Shown piece after piece: positions 39,395 through 48,979 of a stretch of DNA of 64,000 nt (position 1 is the first letter of the stretch; each line of letters starts with the position of its first letter). Made by a program: the position numbers and the translations under genes. This DNA is from an uncultured Candidatus Bathyarchaeia archaeon (GTDB lineage: Archaea > Thermoproteota > CALKCG01 > B24): positions 4,236-68,235 of the forward strand of contig CAYWZZ010000006.1 of NCBI GenBank assembly GCA_964463005.1, in the 5' to 3' direction. Under the pieces are notes generated by a model. That model worked only from the letters and a program-made list of their open reading frames with translations. It had not been told where the DNA came from and did no database searches.

Positions 39395-41161
39395 CTACAC
39401 CCCCCTAGACCCGAGTATTTGGGATTCGTAAATCTTAGCGTATAATCCGTTTTTAGCTATCAGTTCATCGTGAGTGCCGTCTTCAACTACGCGTCCATCA
39501 TCAAGGACCACTATTCTATCAGCAAGTTTTAAAGTAGATAAACGCTGAGTTACTATGAAAACGGTCTTATCTTTTATGAGCTCTTTTAAAGCTTCACATA
39601 TCTCTTTCTCCGTTTCAGAGTCCACACTCGATGTGGAATCGTCAAGTATTAGAATCTTTGGGTTTAAGATTAAAGCTCTAGCGATAGCTAATCTCTGCCT
39701 TTGACCACCTGATAACGTTACACCACGCTCCCCTATTATGGTGTCGTATTTTTCAGGCAGACTCATTATAAAGTCATGGATACGTGCAATTTTAGCCGCT
39801 TTCTCAATCTCCTCGTATGTAGCATCGGGTTTACCGTATGCTATGTTCTCCCGTATGCTTATTGGAAATAGGAAAATATCTTGGTGTACAACACCTATCT
39901 GTCTACGTAGAGAATCTATTTTAACGTCTCTTATATCGTAACCGTCTATCAGAATACGGCCTTTCTGGGGATCGTAAAACCTAGGTATAAGCTTTATCAA
40001 AGTGCTTTTACCAGAGCCTGTAACCCCTACCAGAGCAACCTTCTCACCAGGTCGGACTTCCAAGTTTATACCTTTAAGTACTGGCTTATTAGGGTCATAA
40101 CCGAAAACGACGTTTTCAAAGACTACATGCCCTTTAATATTTGGAAGCTCTATAGCGTTGGGCTTTTCTTTAACCTCAGGCTCAGCATCCAGTGCTTCAA
40201 AAACCCTTCCAGCGGATACACTTGTCCTTTGATAGTCTGCATATAGGAAGCCGAAGGACATTATAGGCCAGACGAGGTAACCTAAGTACATGGAGAAGGC
40301 TATTAGATCTCCTATCGTTATCTCATTGTTGAAAAACCGCAACCCTCCGTATAGGTATACGATCGCAGACGCTACACCAATAACGAGGTTTAGAAATGGC
40401 CATGTCCGAGCGGCGAGCTTTTCAGAACGCATACTAAGGTCGTAAACCTGCTTATTTATGGATTGGAATTTTGTAAAAGCCCAATTTTCAATTCCAAGTG
40501 CTTTGATTACTCGGAAGCCGGAAACGGATTCTGCAACCACGGTGTTTAATCTACTCTGTTCGACCCATCTACGGTCGAATATGGGTTTTACGAATTTTGC
40601 GAAAACCATGGATATTACCACTATGAAGGGTACTGTAATGGATATTGATATTAAGGCCATTGAAACATTTATTGAAATAAGTATCGCGGAAATTAGTAGA
40701 ATCATCAGAATAGAGCTTAACAATTGCGTTACACTAGAGCTTATGAAGTTACCGATCGTATCTATGTCGCTTGTGATACGGTTTATTATCTGTCCAACGT
40801 CAACTTTATCGAAGAAGCTATAGGATAGATCTTGTAAATGCCTGTAAAGCTGTAACCTCATATTATGGCTGATCTTCTGAGACATTAGACCCGATATGTA
40901 GTCTCTTAGGAAGAAGATAGCACCATGTAGGACTGTTAAACCCAGTATTGCTGCAGCATAAAGCCATATGTTTGAGACGAACCCTATGAAGATGTTATTT
41001 ACAATACCTCTACTGATCCAGGGTAGGAGGAGGTCTACCACAACCCCCACTACTACGAGCGTCATCGAGATCGTAAAGAGAAGTTTATGTGCTATGAGAT
41101 ACTTGAAAAGCCTAGGTAGAATTCTTTTAGCAGATTTACCCCCATAAGCCATATATATCAC
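39395..41161 (-). CDS. ABC exporter, fused permease-ATPase, subunit 1
   Basis: Walker A GVTGSGKST, signature LSGGQRQR and Walker B ILILDDSTS. Lies 4 nt from subunit 2. Confidence 0.85.
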   Translation of the reverse strand: MIYMAYGGKSAKRILPRLFKYLIAHKLLFTISMTLVVVGVVVDLLLPWISRGIVNNIFIGFVSNIWLYAAAILGLTVLHGAIFFLRDYISGLMSQKISHNMRLQLYRHLQDLSYSFFDKVDVGQIINRITSDIDTIGNFISSSVTQLLSSILMILLISAILISINVSMALISISITVPFIVVISMVFAKFVKPIFDRRWVEQSRLNTVVAESVSGFRVIKALGIENWAFTKFQSINKQVYDLSMRSEKLAARTWPFLNLVIGVASAIVYLYGGLRFFNNEITIGDLIAFSMYLGYLVWPIMSFGFLYADYQRTSVSAGRVFEALDAEPEVKEKPNAIELPNIKGHVVFENVVFGYDPNKPVLKGINLEVRPGEKVALVGVTGSGKSTLIKLIPRFYDPQKGRILIDGYDIRDVKIDSLRRQIGVVHQDIFLFPISIRENIAYGKPDATYEEIEKAAKIARIHDFIMSLPEKYDTIIGERGVTLSGGQRQRLAIARALILNPKILILDDSTSSVDSETEKEICEALKELIKDKTVFIVTQRLSTLKLADRIVVLDDGRVVEDGTHDELIAKNGLYAKIYESQILGSRGV

Positions 41162-41733
41162 CTCGAGATTATGGAGAGAAGCTCATCCATAAGCCTACGG
41201 TATTTTTCACTTCTGTAGAGCTCTATATGGGTTAAAATATCCATTAGTAGGAAGGATGTCGGAGGTTTTAAAGCAGAGGGATTTACATCCTTACTGGCTA
41301 AGTTCTCTAAAACCATTCTTTTAGAAGCATTAAATTCTTCAATCAGCTTAGTAAGCTTAGTCATATCCGATACCTTATAGCCAAAGCTTTCTATGAGCGA
41401 TGCAACCTCTCCACAGAGCTTTTCATTCCAATCCTTAACCGAAGACTCGGCTTTCTCACTTAAACTGTAACTTACGATATAATGTCTAGCTGAAGCTCTA
41501 TAGAACCGCTCTATTATATTACCCCGTCTACGTTCGTAGGCAAGCTCAATTAAACCAGCAGCCCTCAGGACCTTTAGATGATGGTCGATAGAGGAGGCTG
41601 GCTTATCCAATATTTTAGCAAGTTGATTTATAGACATTTCTCTGATTTTTAAGAGGTTCAATATTTGACGTCTAGTTTCATCAGCTAAGAGCTTAGCGAC
41701 TTCAGCGTCTTTGATCACCATAATCTCTTTCAA
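41158..41733 (-). CDS. ArsR/SmtB-family winged-helix transcriptional regulator with a C-terminal extension
   Basis: LADETRRQILNLL....SINQLAKILDKPASSIDHHLKVLRAAGLI. Its stop overlaps the start of the ABC gene. Confidence 0.65.
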   Translation of the reverse strand: MKEIMVIKDAEVAKLLADETRRQILNLLKIREMSINQLAKILDKPASSIDHHLKVLRAAGLIELAYERRRGNIIERFYRASARHYIVSYSLSEKAESSVKDWNEKLCGEVASLIESFGYKVSDMTKLTKLIEEFNASKRMVLENLASKDVNPSALKPPTSFLLMDILTHIELYRSEKYRRLMDELLSIISR

Positions 41734-41869
41734 GTTTTCACTTCCAATTTTCTGGAACGTTACAATAAATTGTAATGAAAAATATAAACTTTCTGGTTCA
41801 TAGGTAGGTTCAAAAACAAGTTTACCGAAAGACTCAATGTGTAAAATTAAAGGCCTCTACTTTAAGTAG

Positions 41870-42208
41870 ATGTCAATATTTTTACAGCACTTTGATTATA
41901 TGGTTTTAGATGTTATGAGCATAAGAGAATTGCAGAAGCTTATAGGAGACATATATCTTGAGAGGGATAAAAAGATGGGGATTCCCGCAACCTATATATG
42001 GTTTATATCTGAAGTGGGGGAGTTAGCTGACGCTTTGATTAAAGGTGAAGTAGGAGATGTTGCTAAAGAAGCGGCTGATGTGATAGCTTGGCTGTTAAGC
42101 CTCTGCAATCTAATGAGTATAGATTTAGAGAAGGCGGTTTGTGAGAAATATGGTAGAGGGTGTCCGAGATGTCATTGTATACCATGTCGATGTGAACCCT
42201 ACCGATAA
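41870..42208 (+). CDS. MazG-like nucleotide pyrophosphohydrolase domain protein with a Cys-rich C-terminal tail
   Basis: EVGELADALIKGE....EAADVIAWLLSL is the MazG EExxE/D helix pair. The tail is CEKYGRGCPRCHCIPCRC. Confidence 0.65.
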   Translation: MSIFLQHFDYMVLDVMSIRELQKLIGDIYLERDKKMGIPATYIWFISEVGELADALIKGEVGDVAKEAADVIAWLLSLCNLMSIDLEKAVCEKYGRGCPRCHCIPCRCEPYR

Positions 42209-42341
42209 CTTTACACTTCCAATCTATGGCTTAACTTAAATGTCTAGAGGTTAAAGTGCTTAAAAATTAGATGATGGCCTACATTTGAAAACCGCCTCTT
42301 AAAATTTACCAGAAGGTTAAAAGTAACTGTTATAGCCTGAA

Positions 42342-42893
42342 TTACTTATCTAGTTGCGATTCGCTAAAACCTTGGGAAAGCTTATAGTAAACTACTTCTC
42401 CTCTACGATCTACAACAGCCAATAGAAGCTCTTTATCCGAATACACATCAGGTCTGGTAACTCTGATTAAATCTTCTATTTTAACTGGTTTACCTTCCGA
42501 AACCCCTATGACCAAATATTTAGCAGGTTGCTCACCATATGTTCCACGTTCATACATTAGAAAATCCAACCCAATCCCATAACCTCTTCTGACCACATAC
42601 CCCCTATCTCTTAAATCTCTATATATTAAAAATCTAATCCAAACGTCTGGATCAGTAGGGATGAGTCTTTCGGTAACGTCCTTCAATGTAAGCTCACGAT
42701 CAGCTTCAAAAATTCTAAGTTTACCCTCACTCATCAAATAAAGGGCCTCTTCGCCAGCTAAAATGAGAAAATTGCCTTCTTTAACGCCATATCCTTTCTG
42801 AATTAGAAAACTCCTATAATCGCTGTCTTTAACTAAAATTCTACCATTCTCTAAGAAGGCTATACCGCTTGGAGGTTTAGACTCTGAATCCAT
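42342..42893 (-). CDS. endA: tRNA-splicing endonuclease
   Basis: LIYRDLRDRGYVVRRGYGIGLDFLMY is the catalytic C-terminal domain (Y..LR.RG..V..G.K.G.DF..Y). Confidence 0.8.
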   Translation of the reverse strand: MDSESKPPSGIAFLENGRILVKDSDYRSFLIQKGYGVKEGNFLILAGEEALYLMSEGKLRIFEADRELTLKDVTERLIPTDPDVWIRFLIYRDLRDRGYVVRRGYGIGLDFLMYERGTYGEQPAKYLVIGVSEGKPVKIEDLIRVTRPDVYSDKELLLAVVDRRGEVVYYKLSQGFSESQLDK

Positions 42894-43036
42894 CTTCTAA
42901 AAATCTAGAAGAAGACGTTTAATTAAACGTTTAGAGTACGCATCAAGGATGAAGTTCAGTGGAATAAAGAAAGTCTATTAAAAGGAAGGGCCTCAAATTT
43001 CTGACACCCGGTTTCAAATTTACCTCAAATAAGCCA

Positions 43037-45007
43037 TCATCTAAGTCTTATGCTCTCAAGGTTTCTTGGAGCAATAGCTGGGAGCTTGAAGATGTGTGAT
43101 ATTGCTGAGGATAAGTTTTGCGTTTTCTGCGCTTCACCATGACACACGATGACCATTTTAGGCCTAGGTGATAGTCTTTTAACGTAGGAGAGAAGCTGAC
43201 GTCTATCGGAGTGCCCGCTGAAACCTTCAATAGACTTAACATTCATCTGGACTTTAATAATATCTGCTTTACCATCCTTAGACATCAGAGGAACTTCTTT
43301 TAAACCATTTTTAATTCTACGACCTAAAGTACCTTCGATTTGATAACTGACGAATATGAGGGTGTTTCTTGGATCTTCAGACATAAGTCTAAAGTATTCA
43401 AGCACAGGCCCACCTTCCATCATACCAGATGGAGCCAGAATTATGGATGGCTCACTTTCAGCTATTTCAAACCTCTGATTTGGATTTGAAATAGGAGTGA
43501 AGCGCTCAGACTGAAATACGTTCACGTCTTCACGTAGAATAAGATCTCTAAGCTCTTGGGATAGATATTCAGGGTAGGCTGTGTGAATAGCTGTGGCTTC
43601 ATTCAACATACCATCTATGTATATTGGAACTTCTTTAAGCAAACCCTTCCTCATATAAGAGTCTAAGACTATCATTATTTCCTGGCCTCTGCCTATGGCT
43701 GGGGTAGGTATTAGAACCTTTCCACCATTCTCAATTGTCTCATTTACCGTAGAGATGAGCGATTTTTCCACTTCCTGTCTAGGAGGCATAACATCTTCTT
43801 CACCGCCGTATGTAGATTCCATTACTAAAGCTTCAACTCTTGGAAAGTTTGTCGAGGACGCATCTAGGAGCATTGTTTTACCGTTTTTGAAGTCTCCTGT
43901 TATTACAATGTTATAGTGGCCCTCACCTATATGTAGGTGGGCTATTGAAGAGCCGAGTATGTGTCCAGCATTCCATAGGGTGAGCTTAATATCTGGAGCT
44001 ATATCTACTACATAGCCATATCTGAGCGTTACAGTATGTAGAATCATTTCTCTAACGTCTCTCTGACTATATGGAGGAATTACGCCCTCCTTAGCAGCAA
44101 CGTCTAAATAATCGAGTTGAACAAGAACCATGAGACTTAAAGTGGGTTCAGAACAGTAGACTGGACCTTTATACCCATATTTATATAATAGCGGGATGGC
44201 GCCGCAGTGGTCTAAGTGGCTATGCGTTACAACTACGGCGTCGAGAGAATCGAAGTCTAAACAGTCAAAGTCTAAATATGGAAACATCTGATTCGGCTTA
44301 GATGCACCCGGATTTATACCACAATCTACCAATATAGAGCTTTCTTTAGTTTTAACTAATATTGCAGATCTACCGACTTCTCTAAATCCTCCGAGAGGTA
44401 TCAGTAGAACCTCATCTACAGGAAAAATTAAGGGTCTGAATATCCGCTCACCATCCTCTCTTAAAGCCCTCTCCCTCTCCTTTGTATCAGTGTAGAGTAC
44501 ATGTCTAATGTTGGCGATTATCTTTGAAGGTGTCGACGGCGTTCTAAGAACTCTAGGTATCCATTTCGTCTTTCTTAAGATTTCTTGTAGGAGAGAGCCA
44601 TCCTTACCTATGGCTAAACCAGTCTTCTTGGCCTCTATTATAACCTCGCCTAGTACATCGTCGAAAATGATGTTTTCTACGCCTGCTTCTTCGGGAATCA
44701 CTTGACTTATGACTGCTTTAACCTCTTCTTTAGGTGCTCTAACAGATGGGTCGGATCTAACTACAATCCGCCTCTTCATAGTTTCAACGATGTCGGAAAT
44801 TATGTAGCTTTTATCTACTAGTAGAACCTCAGGCTTCTTAACGTAGATTGCGAGCTTGGAACCTTCAAAGTTTATCCTAGTTACTGCAACATCCTCCGGA
44901 ATTTTAGATAGAACTATTTCCCTTATTTTAGATAACGGGTCTTGAAACTGCTTTTTCACAATTAAACACCTAAATTTTCCATCGTCTATTAAATTGCAAC
45001 TAAACAC
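43037..45007 (-). CDS. aCPSF1/FttA: KH-domain beta-CASP MBL ribonuclease
   Basis: N-terminal KH repeats. VVTHSHLDHCG MBL motif. Beta-CASP region. 656 aa. Confidence 0.85.
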   Translation of the reverse strand: MFSCNLIDDGKFRCLIVKKQFQDPLSKIREIVLSKIPEDVAVTRINFEGSKLAIYVKKPEVLLVDKSYIISDIVETMKRRIVVRSDPSVRAPKEEVKAVISQVIPEEAGVENIIFDDVLGEVIIEAKKTGLAIGKDGSLLQEILRKTKWIPRVLRTPSTPSKIIANIRHVLYTDTKERERALREDGERIFRPLIFPVDEVLLIPLGGFREVGRSAILVKTKESSILVDCGINPGASKPNQMFPYLDFDCLDFDSLDAVVVTHSHLDHCGAIPLLYKYGYKGPVYCSEPTLSLMVLVQLDYLDVAAKEGVIPPYSQRDVREMILHTVTLRYGYVVDIAPDIKLTLWNAGHILGSSIAHLHIGEGHYNIVITGDFKNGKTMLLDASSTNFPRVEALVMESTYGGEEDVMPPRQEVEKSLISTVNETIENGGKVLIPTPAIGRGQEIMIVLDSYMRKGLLKEVPIYIDGMLNEATAIHTAYPEYLSQELRDLILREDVNVFQSERFTPISNPNQRFEIAESEPSIILAPSGMMEGGPVLEYFRLMSEDPRNTLIFVSYQIEGTLGRRIKNGLKEVPLMSKDGKADIIKVQMNVKSIEGFSGHSDRRQLLSYVKRLSPRPKMVIVCHGEAQKTQNLSSAISHIFKLPAIAPRNLESIRLR

Positions 45008-45632
45008 TGGCCATAAGTTTAGCTTTATCGTCTTCAGAGAGTTCTTTAAAGCCTTTAGAGTCCACTATGATAATATCTATATTATCCCCGGTGGCAATAT
45101 CTCTACGCATAGCAGCTTTAAGAGATTTAACTACTAGAGGAAGTGCTTCTTCAACCGTCAAACCATCTTTAATATTCGTCTCAAGCTCACCCATAGCTAT
45201 TGGAGAGCCCGATCCAGTTGCAAAGTACTTCTCCTCCGTAACACCTCCAAATGGGTCTAAAGCATATATGTGTGGGCCAGTTTCATCCACTCCTCCAACT
45301 ATCGCCTGAACGGAAAGGGGCATGAACCTATTACTATAGAGTATCTGTGAAGCTAATCTTGATGCAGTACTTACGGGCATAGGTCTATTGCGTTCAACCT
45401 TATACAATTTAGCGTAGAACCTAAGCATGTCCACAACGTTCTGGCCTTCAGCTACAGTTCCAGCTATAGTCATGGCTAAATGGTCGTCTATTTGATATAT
45501 TTTACGGCCTCTCTTATGGGCTACTGTGAACCCCATCGTAACCCTCGTATCCGAAGCTAAGACAACCCCATCTTTGCAAACTAAACCTATGGTTGTCGTA
45601 CCAGTTTTCAATACTTTGAAACCATCATACAA
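45000..45632 (-). CDS. psmB: proteasome beta subunit
   Basis: GTTTIGLVCKDGVVLASDTRVTMG, with the catalytic Thr exposed after the propeptide. Overlaps the aCPSF1 start by 8 nt. Confidence 0.9.
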   Translation of the reverse strand: MYDGFKVLKTGTTTIGLVCKDGVVLASDTRVTMGFTVAHKRGRKIYQIDDHLAMTIAGTVAEGQNVVDMLRFYAKLYKVERNRPMPVSTASRLASQILYSNRFMPLSVQAIVGGVDETGPHIYALDPFGGVTEEKYFATGSGSPIAMGELETNIKDGLTVEEALPLVVKSLKAAMRRDIATGDNIDIIIVDSKGFKELSEDDKAKLMASV

Positions 45633-45892
45633 GCTGAGAACCCCCAGTGCTTACTTAAAACGCTGAAAACGTTTCATATATGAAAGACGATTGGCAGTAT
45701 TTTAACCTTACTATTTAGATTAAGTATTTAAGTTATGTGGTTTCTGACAAACGTATGAAATTCTAGTCTATTTGAAGAGCTTTCAAGGTAGAGCACGCTT
45801 TACACGAGGATTCAATGCACTAAGTCTTATTTAGAAGACCTAGATAGGTAAAGTTATATTTTTTATCGAGTAGATCATATTATGGTGATAGT

Positions 45893-46504
45893 GTGAAGAT
45901 TAAGTACCTCAGCCATGCGTGTTTTGAAATATCAGATGGTAAGAGAATACTTATAGACCCCTACTTTACGGGTAATAATCTAGCTCCTAAGTATGAGGGA
46001 GAGCCGGATATAATTTTGGTGACACATGAACACTTTGACCACTTTGACAAGTCTTTCATAGATAGATTTCCGAGGGCTAAAATCATCGTTACACCAGTAT
46101 GTGGGTATCCTAGGGCAATAGTAATGCGGGTGGGAGAGAAGAGGGAAATAGATGGAGTCAACGTTGAAATGATCCCTGCAAGCCACTATCAGAGTAAGTA
46201 CCCTACGGGTTATATCGTAGAGTTTGAGGGGAAGAGGATCGTACATTTAGGAGATTGCTACCTCAACGGTGTTAAACCCATAGAGCGTATAGACGTATTA
46301 CTGATACCTATAGGTGGAACGTACACCATGAACATAAATGAGGCTTTAAAGGCTTTAGACATATTAAAGCCTAAGCTTGCAATACCCATGCATTATGATA
46401 CTTTTCCACAGGTAAGGGTAAATCCTGAGATATTTAAGAGAGAGGCTGAGAAGAGGGGGTATAACGTTAAAGTCCTAAGAATAGGTGAAGAGGTAACTGT
46501 ATAA
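45893..46504 (+). CDS. MBL-fold metal-dependent hydrolase (UPF0173-like)
   Basis: MKIKYLSHACFEI...ILVTHEHFDHFD. Confidence 0.75.
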   Translation: MKIKYLSHACFEISDGKRILIDPYFTGNNLAPKYEGEPDIILVTHEHFDHFDKSFIDRFPRAKIIVTPVCGYPRAIVMRVGEKREIDGVNVEMIPASHYQSKYPTGYIVEFEGKRIVHLGDCYLNGVKPIERIDVLLIPIGGTYTMNINEALKALDILKPKLAIPMHYDTFPQVRVNPEIFKREAEKRGYNVKVLRIGEEVTV

Positions 46505-47010
46505 TGACAATTGAGGTAGATGATGCTGGGTGGGGAGATTTAGTAGGAGGATGTGTAGTAGTAGTCAGAAGAGTTGAAACAGACGAGTACTATGCGGGTG
46601 AAATACCCGTAGAATTTTTTAAAGAGCCTAAGTTTAAAACCAAACAGTACTTAGATAAGGCTGTAGAGATTGTAGAGAATGGTTTAAAGAACCTCAACGT
46701 CCGCAAAGACGAGGAGATACGTATTTGTACGGGCTTTTTACTTTCCAAAGCTAGGAGAAGCCTTTCTCAACAAGGATACTTGATTACTCCAGCTAAAATA
46801 GTCGGGGAAACGCAGAAACTTGCGGAGCAGATGTTCTTAAAAACACTTGGGAAAATAGGGTTAAAGCTTGATGAAGAAGACCCTAGAAGGAGGTTTCACT
46901 TTCTTTTAGAATGGGTTAGAGAAAAACCAGAGTTAAGGGAGAAGTACGTTAAAACGGGATGGAGGAGTTGGAAGAATAAATGGTGTGCTAAGGTGTTTGA
47001 AAGCGTTTAA
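46504..47010 (+). CDS. hypothetical protein, overlaps the MBL stop (ATGA)
   Basis: ORF only. Confidence 0.3.
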   Translation: MTIEVDDAGWGDLVGGCVVVVRRVETDEYYAGEIPVEFFKEPKFKTKQYLDKAVEIVENGLKNLNVRKDEEIRICTGFLLSKARRSLSQQGYLITPAKIVGETQKLAEQMFLKTLGKIGLKLDEEDPRRRFHFLLEWVREKPELREKYVKTGWRSWKNKWCAKVFESV

Positions 47011-47017
47011 ATTTCAC

Positions 47018-48109
47018 TTAAGCGAGGTTTGAAAGCCCTATTGATTTAGCATATTCTAAAGCCTCATTATATTCTTCATGCGTAAGGCGTCTACGGAGCT
47101 CTGGGACTTCATTAGCTCTCCAGTGCGGTCTATACTGGTCCATGATGTTAACCCTAACGTACTCACCTAAGTTATCTCTAATCCACTTGAGAATCGGTTT
47201 TCCACAACATTCTATGTGGTTTGGAAGCAGGAGAACTCTTATTATGAGTTCACCGCTCTCTGAAGCTATTAAATGGTTTCTACTGCAAACCTCTACATAA
47301 TTTGGAGCATTTGATATTCTAACGGCACAATCATCTCGGCCATACTTATAATCCAGAAGGTACACGTCTATGAAACCCTTTAAAAGCTTAGCCGTTTCAA
47401 CACTATAGTAGCTGTTACTATTCCAGACAGTTGGAACATTCAGTTTAACGTATTTAAACGCTTCAAGCCATGCGTGCAACCAAGGGGTTGGAGAGCCACC
47501 GACCATATTGCAGTTTCTACAGCCTTCACGCCTAAGCCGGGTGATGATTTCAGCAAGCTCTTCAGATGTTATGGGTTCACCAGGCTCCATGTGCTGAGAG
47601 ATCGTCCAATTCTGACAGTGTAAACAGGTGAGGTTGCATCCCAGCGAGAAGATGGTCCCACTTGGAACAAGCTCCGGCTCTTCACCTAGATGATGGAAAG
47701 CTGAAGACAGTAGAAACATATATCCACATCTACAATAGCCAAGTCTACCTTCCAGACGGTTAACCTTACATTTTCTTTCGCAGAATATGCAAGACTTTAA
47801 AAGCCTCTTAGCGATCTCAACTTTAAGGTCTAGGTAACTTCGTTTAGGTTCTCCAAGGTCTTCAAGAGATATATCCCCTTTATCTATCTTAGATTCAACG
47901 CGGTAGTATTCAACGGTTAATTTATCATGTAGCGCCCAAAGCCTATCCAATGAATCGCTTTCATCGAAAACCGCTTCTATTCTCTTAGCTATTAAAAATT
48001 TGGCTGGAAGCTTGTCTCTGAAAACCTTAAAATATCTATTTAACGACCGTAGAACCTTTTCGTCTTTAAGAACTGTTAACGCATCTGGTCTTACGAGGTA
48101 CCAGCTCAT
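47018..48109 (-). CDS. radical SAM enzyme, PflA-like (AmrS-like?), with an N-terminal Cys4 zinc-ribbon-like motif
   Basis: The radical SAM cluster is GCNLTCLHCQNW. The upstream motif is CIFCERKC....GYCRCG. Confidence 0.65.
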   Translation of the reverse strand: MSWYLVRPDALTVLKDEKVLRSLNRYFKVFRDKLPAKFLIAKRIEAVFDESDSLDRLWALHDKLTVEYYRVESKIDKGDISLEDLGEPKRSYLDLKVEIAKRLLKSCIFCERKCKVNRLEGRLGYCRCGYMFLLSSAFHHLGEEPELVPSGTIFSLGCNLTCLHCQNWTISQHMEPGEPITSEELAEIITRLRREGCRNCNMVGGSPTPWLHAWLEAFKYVKLNVPTVWNSNSYYSVETAKLLKGFIDVYLLDYKYGRDDCAVRISNAPNYVEVCSRNHLIASESGELIIRVLLLPNHIECCGKPILKWIRDNLGEYVRVNIMDQYRPHWRANEVPELRRRLTHEEYNEALEYAKSIGLSNLA

Positions 48110-48148
48110 CTTCTAGTAAATTCTTAGATACTCTTAAGGAATAAATGT

Positions 48149-48946
48149 TTACTCATTCTTCTTTTGATCCAAATCTTCTTTAAATATTTCTTCAAGTTCT
48201 TTTCTAGCTTCTTCTTGAAGTTCCCTAATCTTATGAAGCCTTTCTTGGACTCTATTGAGCCAATCTCTACTGGCTTCAATACCTTTATGTGCAAAATAAG
48301 CTAAAGCTTCATTTCTACTTCTAAATATACCTGCATCTACTAGGAGCTTTATAAGTTTGGCATCAGGTTCGGGAATTCTAATCGAGGAAACAACTTCAGT
48401 AGCTTTAGATATTATTTTCTCCGTCGATGAAAAGACTTCTTTTAAAGCATCCTCCAAAGCTTCAGTTAAAGTGTCTATCTTTACGAAGACTGATGGAGCT
48501 AGAGGAGGGGTTTCCGTGATCAGGAAGCCTTTAATACGGGATTCAAATTCTTTAAAGGATGCTTCTAGATCTCGGAATAAGTGTAAGTATACCTCAAGGT
48601 CATCAGCCGCTTCTGCAAGCATGCTTTTAATCTCATAAACTCTTTCAGCGTATTCTTTCGGAAGAGTATGGACAAGTTCTCTAAGACTTCTCCTAAAATT
48701 GTGGATGGTTTCTCTGAAGTCTGTGTAGAGGTTTTGAAGCTCATGTCTAAAGTTTATCCTCAATCTTTTAACGTCTAAGTAAAGGTCTATGAGTTTATCC
48801 TTAGAAACGTTTAGATCTGCTTTTTTAAACCCCTCCAAAGACTTTTCATACCTCTTAAGGACATTTTCACATCTATCTTTCATCTCTTTCCTAAATTCTT
48901 CAATTTTCTTCTTGAAGTCGTCTAAACTGCTCATACAAAAATACAA
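48149..48946 (-). CDS. hypothetical coiled-coil protein
   Basis: ORF only; Glu/Lys-rich heptad-like sequence. Confidence 0.3.
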   Translation of the reverse strand: MYFCMSSLDDFKKKIEEFRKEMKDRCENVLKRYEKSLEGFKKADLNVSKDKLIDLYLDVKRLRINFRHELQNLYTDFRETIHNFRRSLRELVHTLPKEYAERVYEIKSMLAEAADDLEVYLHLFRDLEASFKEFESRIKGFLITETPPLAPSVFVKIDTLTEALEDALKEVFSSTEKIISKATEVVSSIRIPEPDAKLIKLLVDAGIFRSRNEALAYFAHKGIEASRDWLNRVQERLHKIRELQEEARKELEEIFKEDLDQKKNE

Positions 48947-48979
48947 GAATACAGAAATACATATAAACTTTTATTACTG

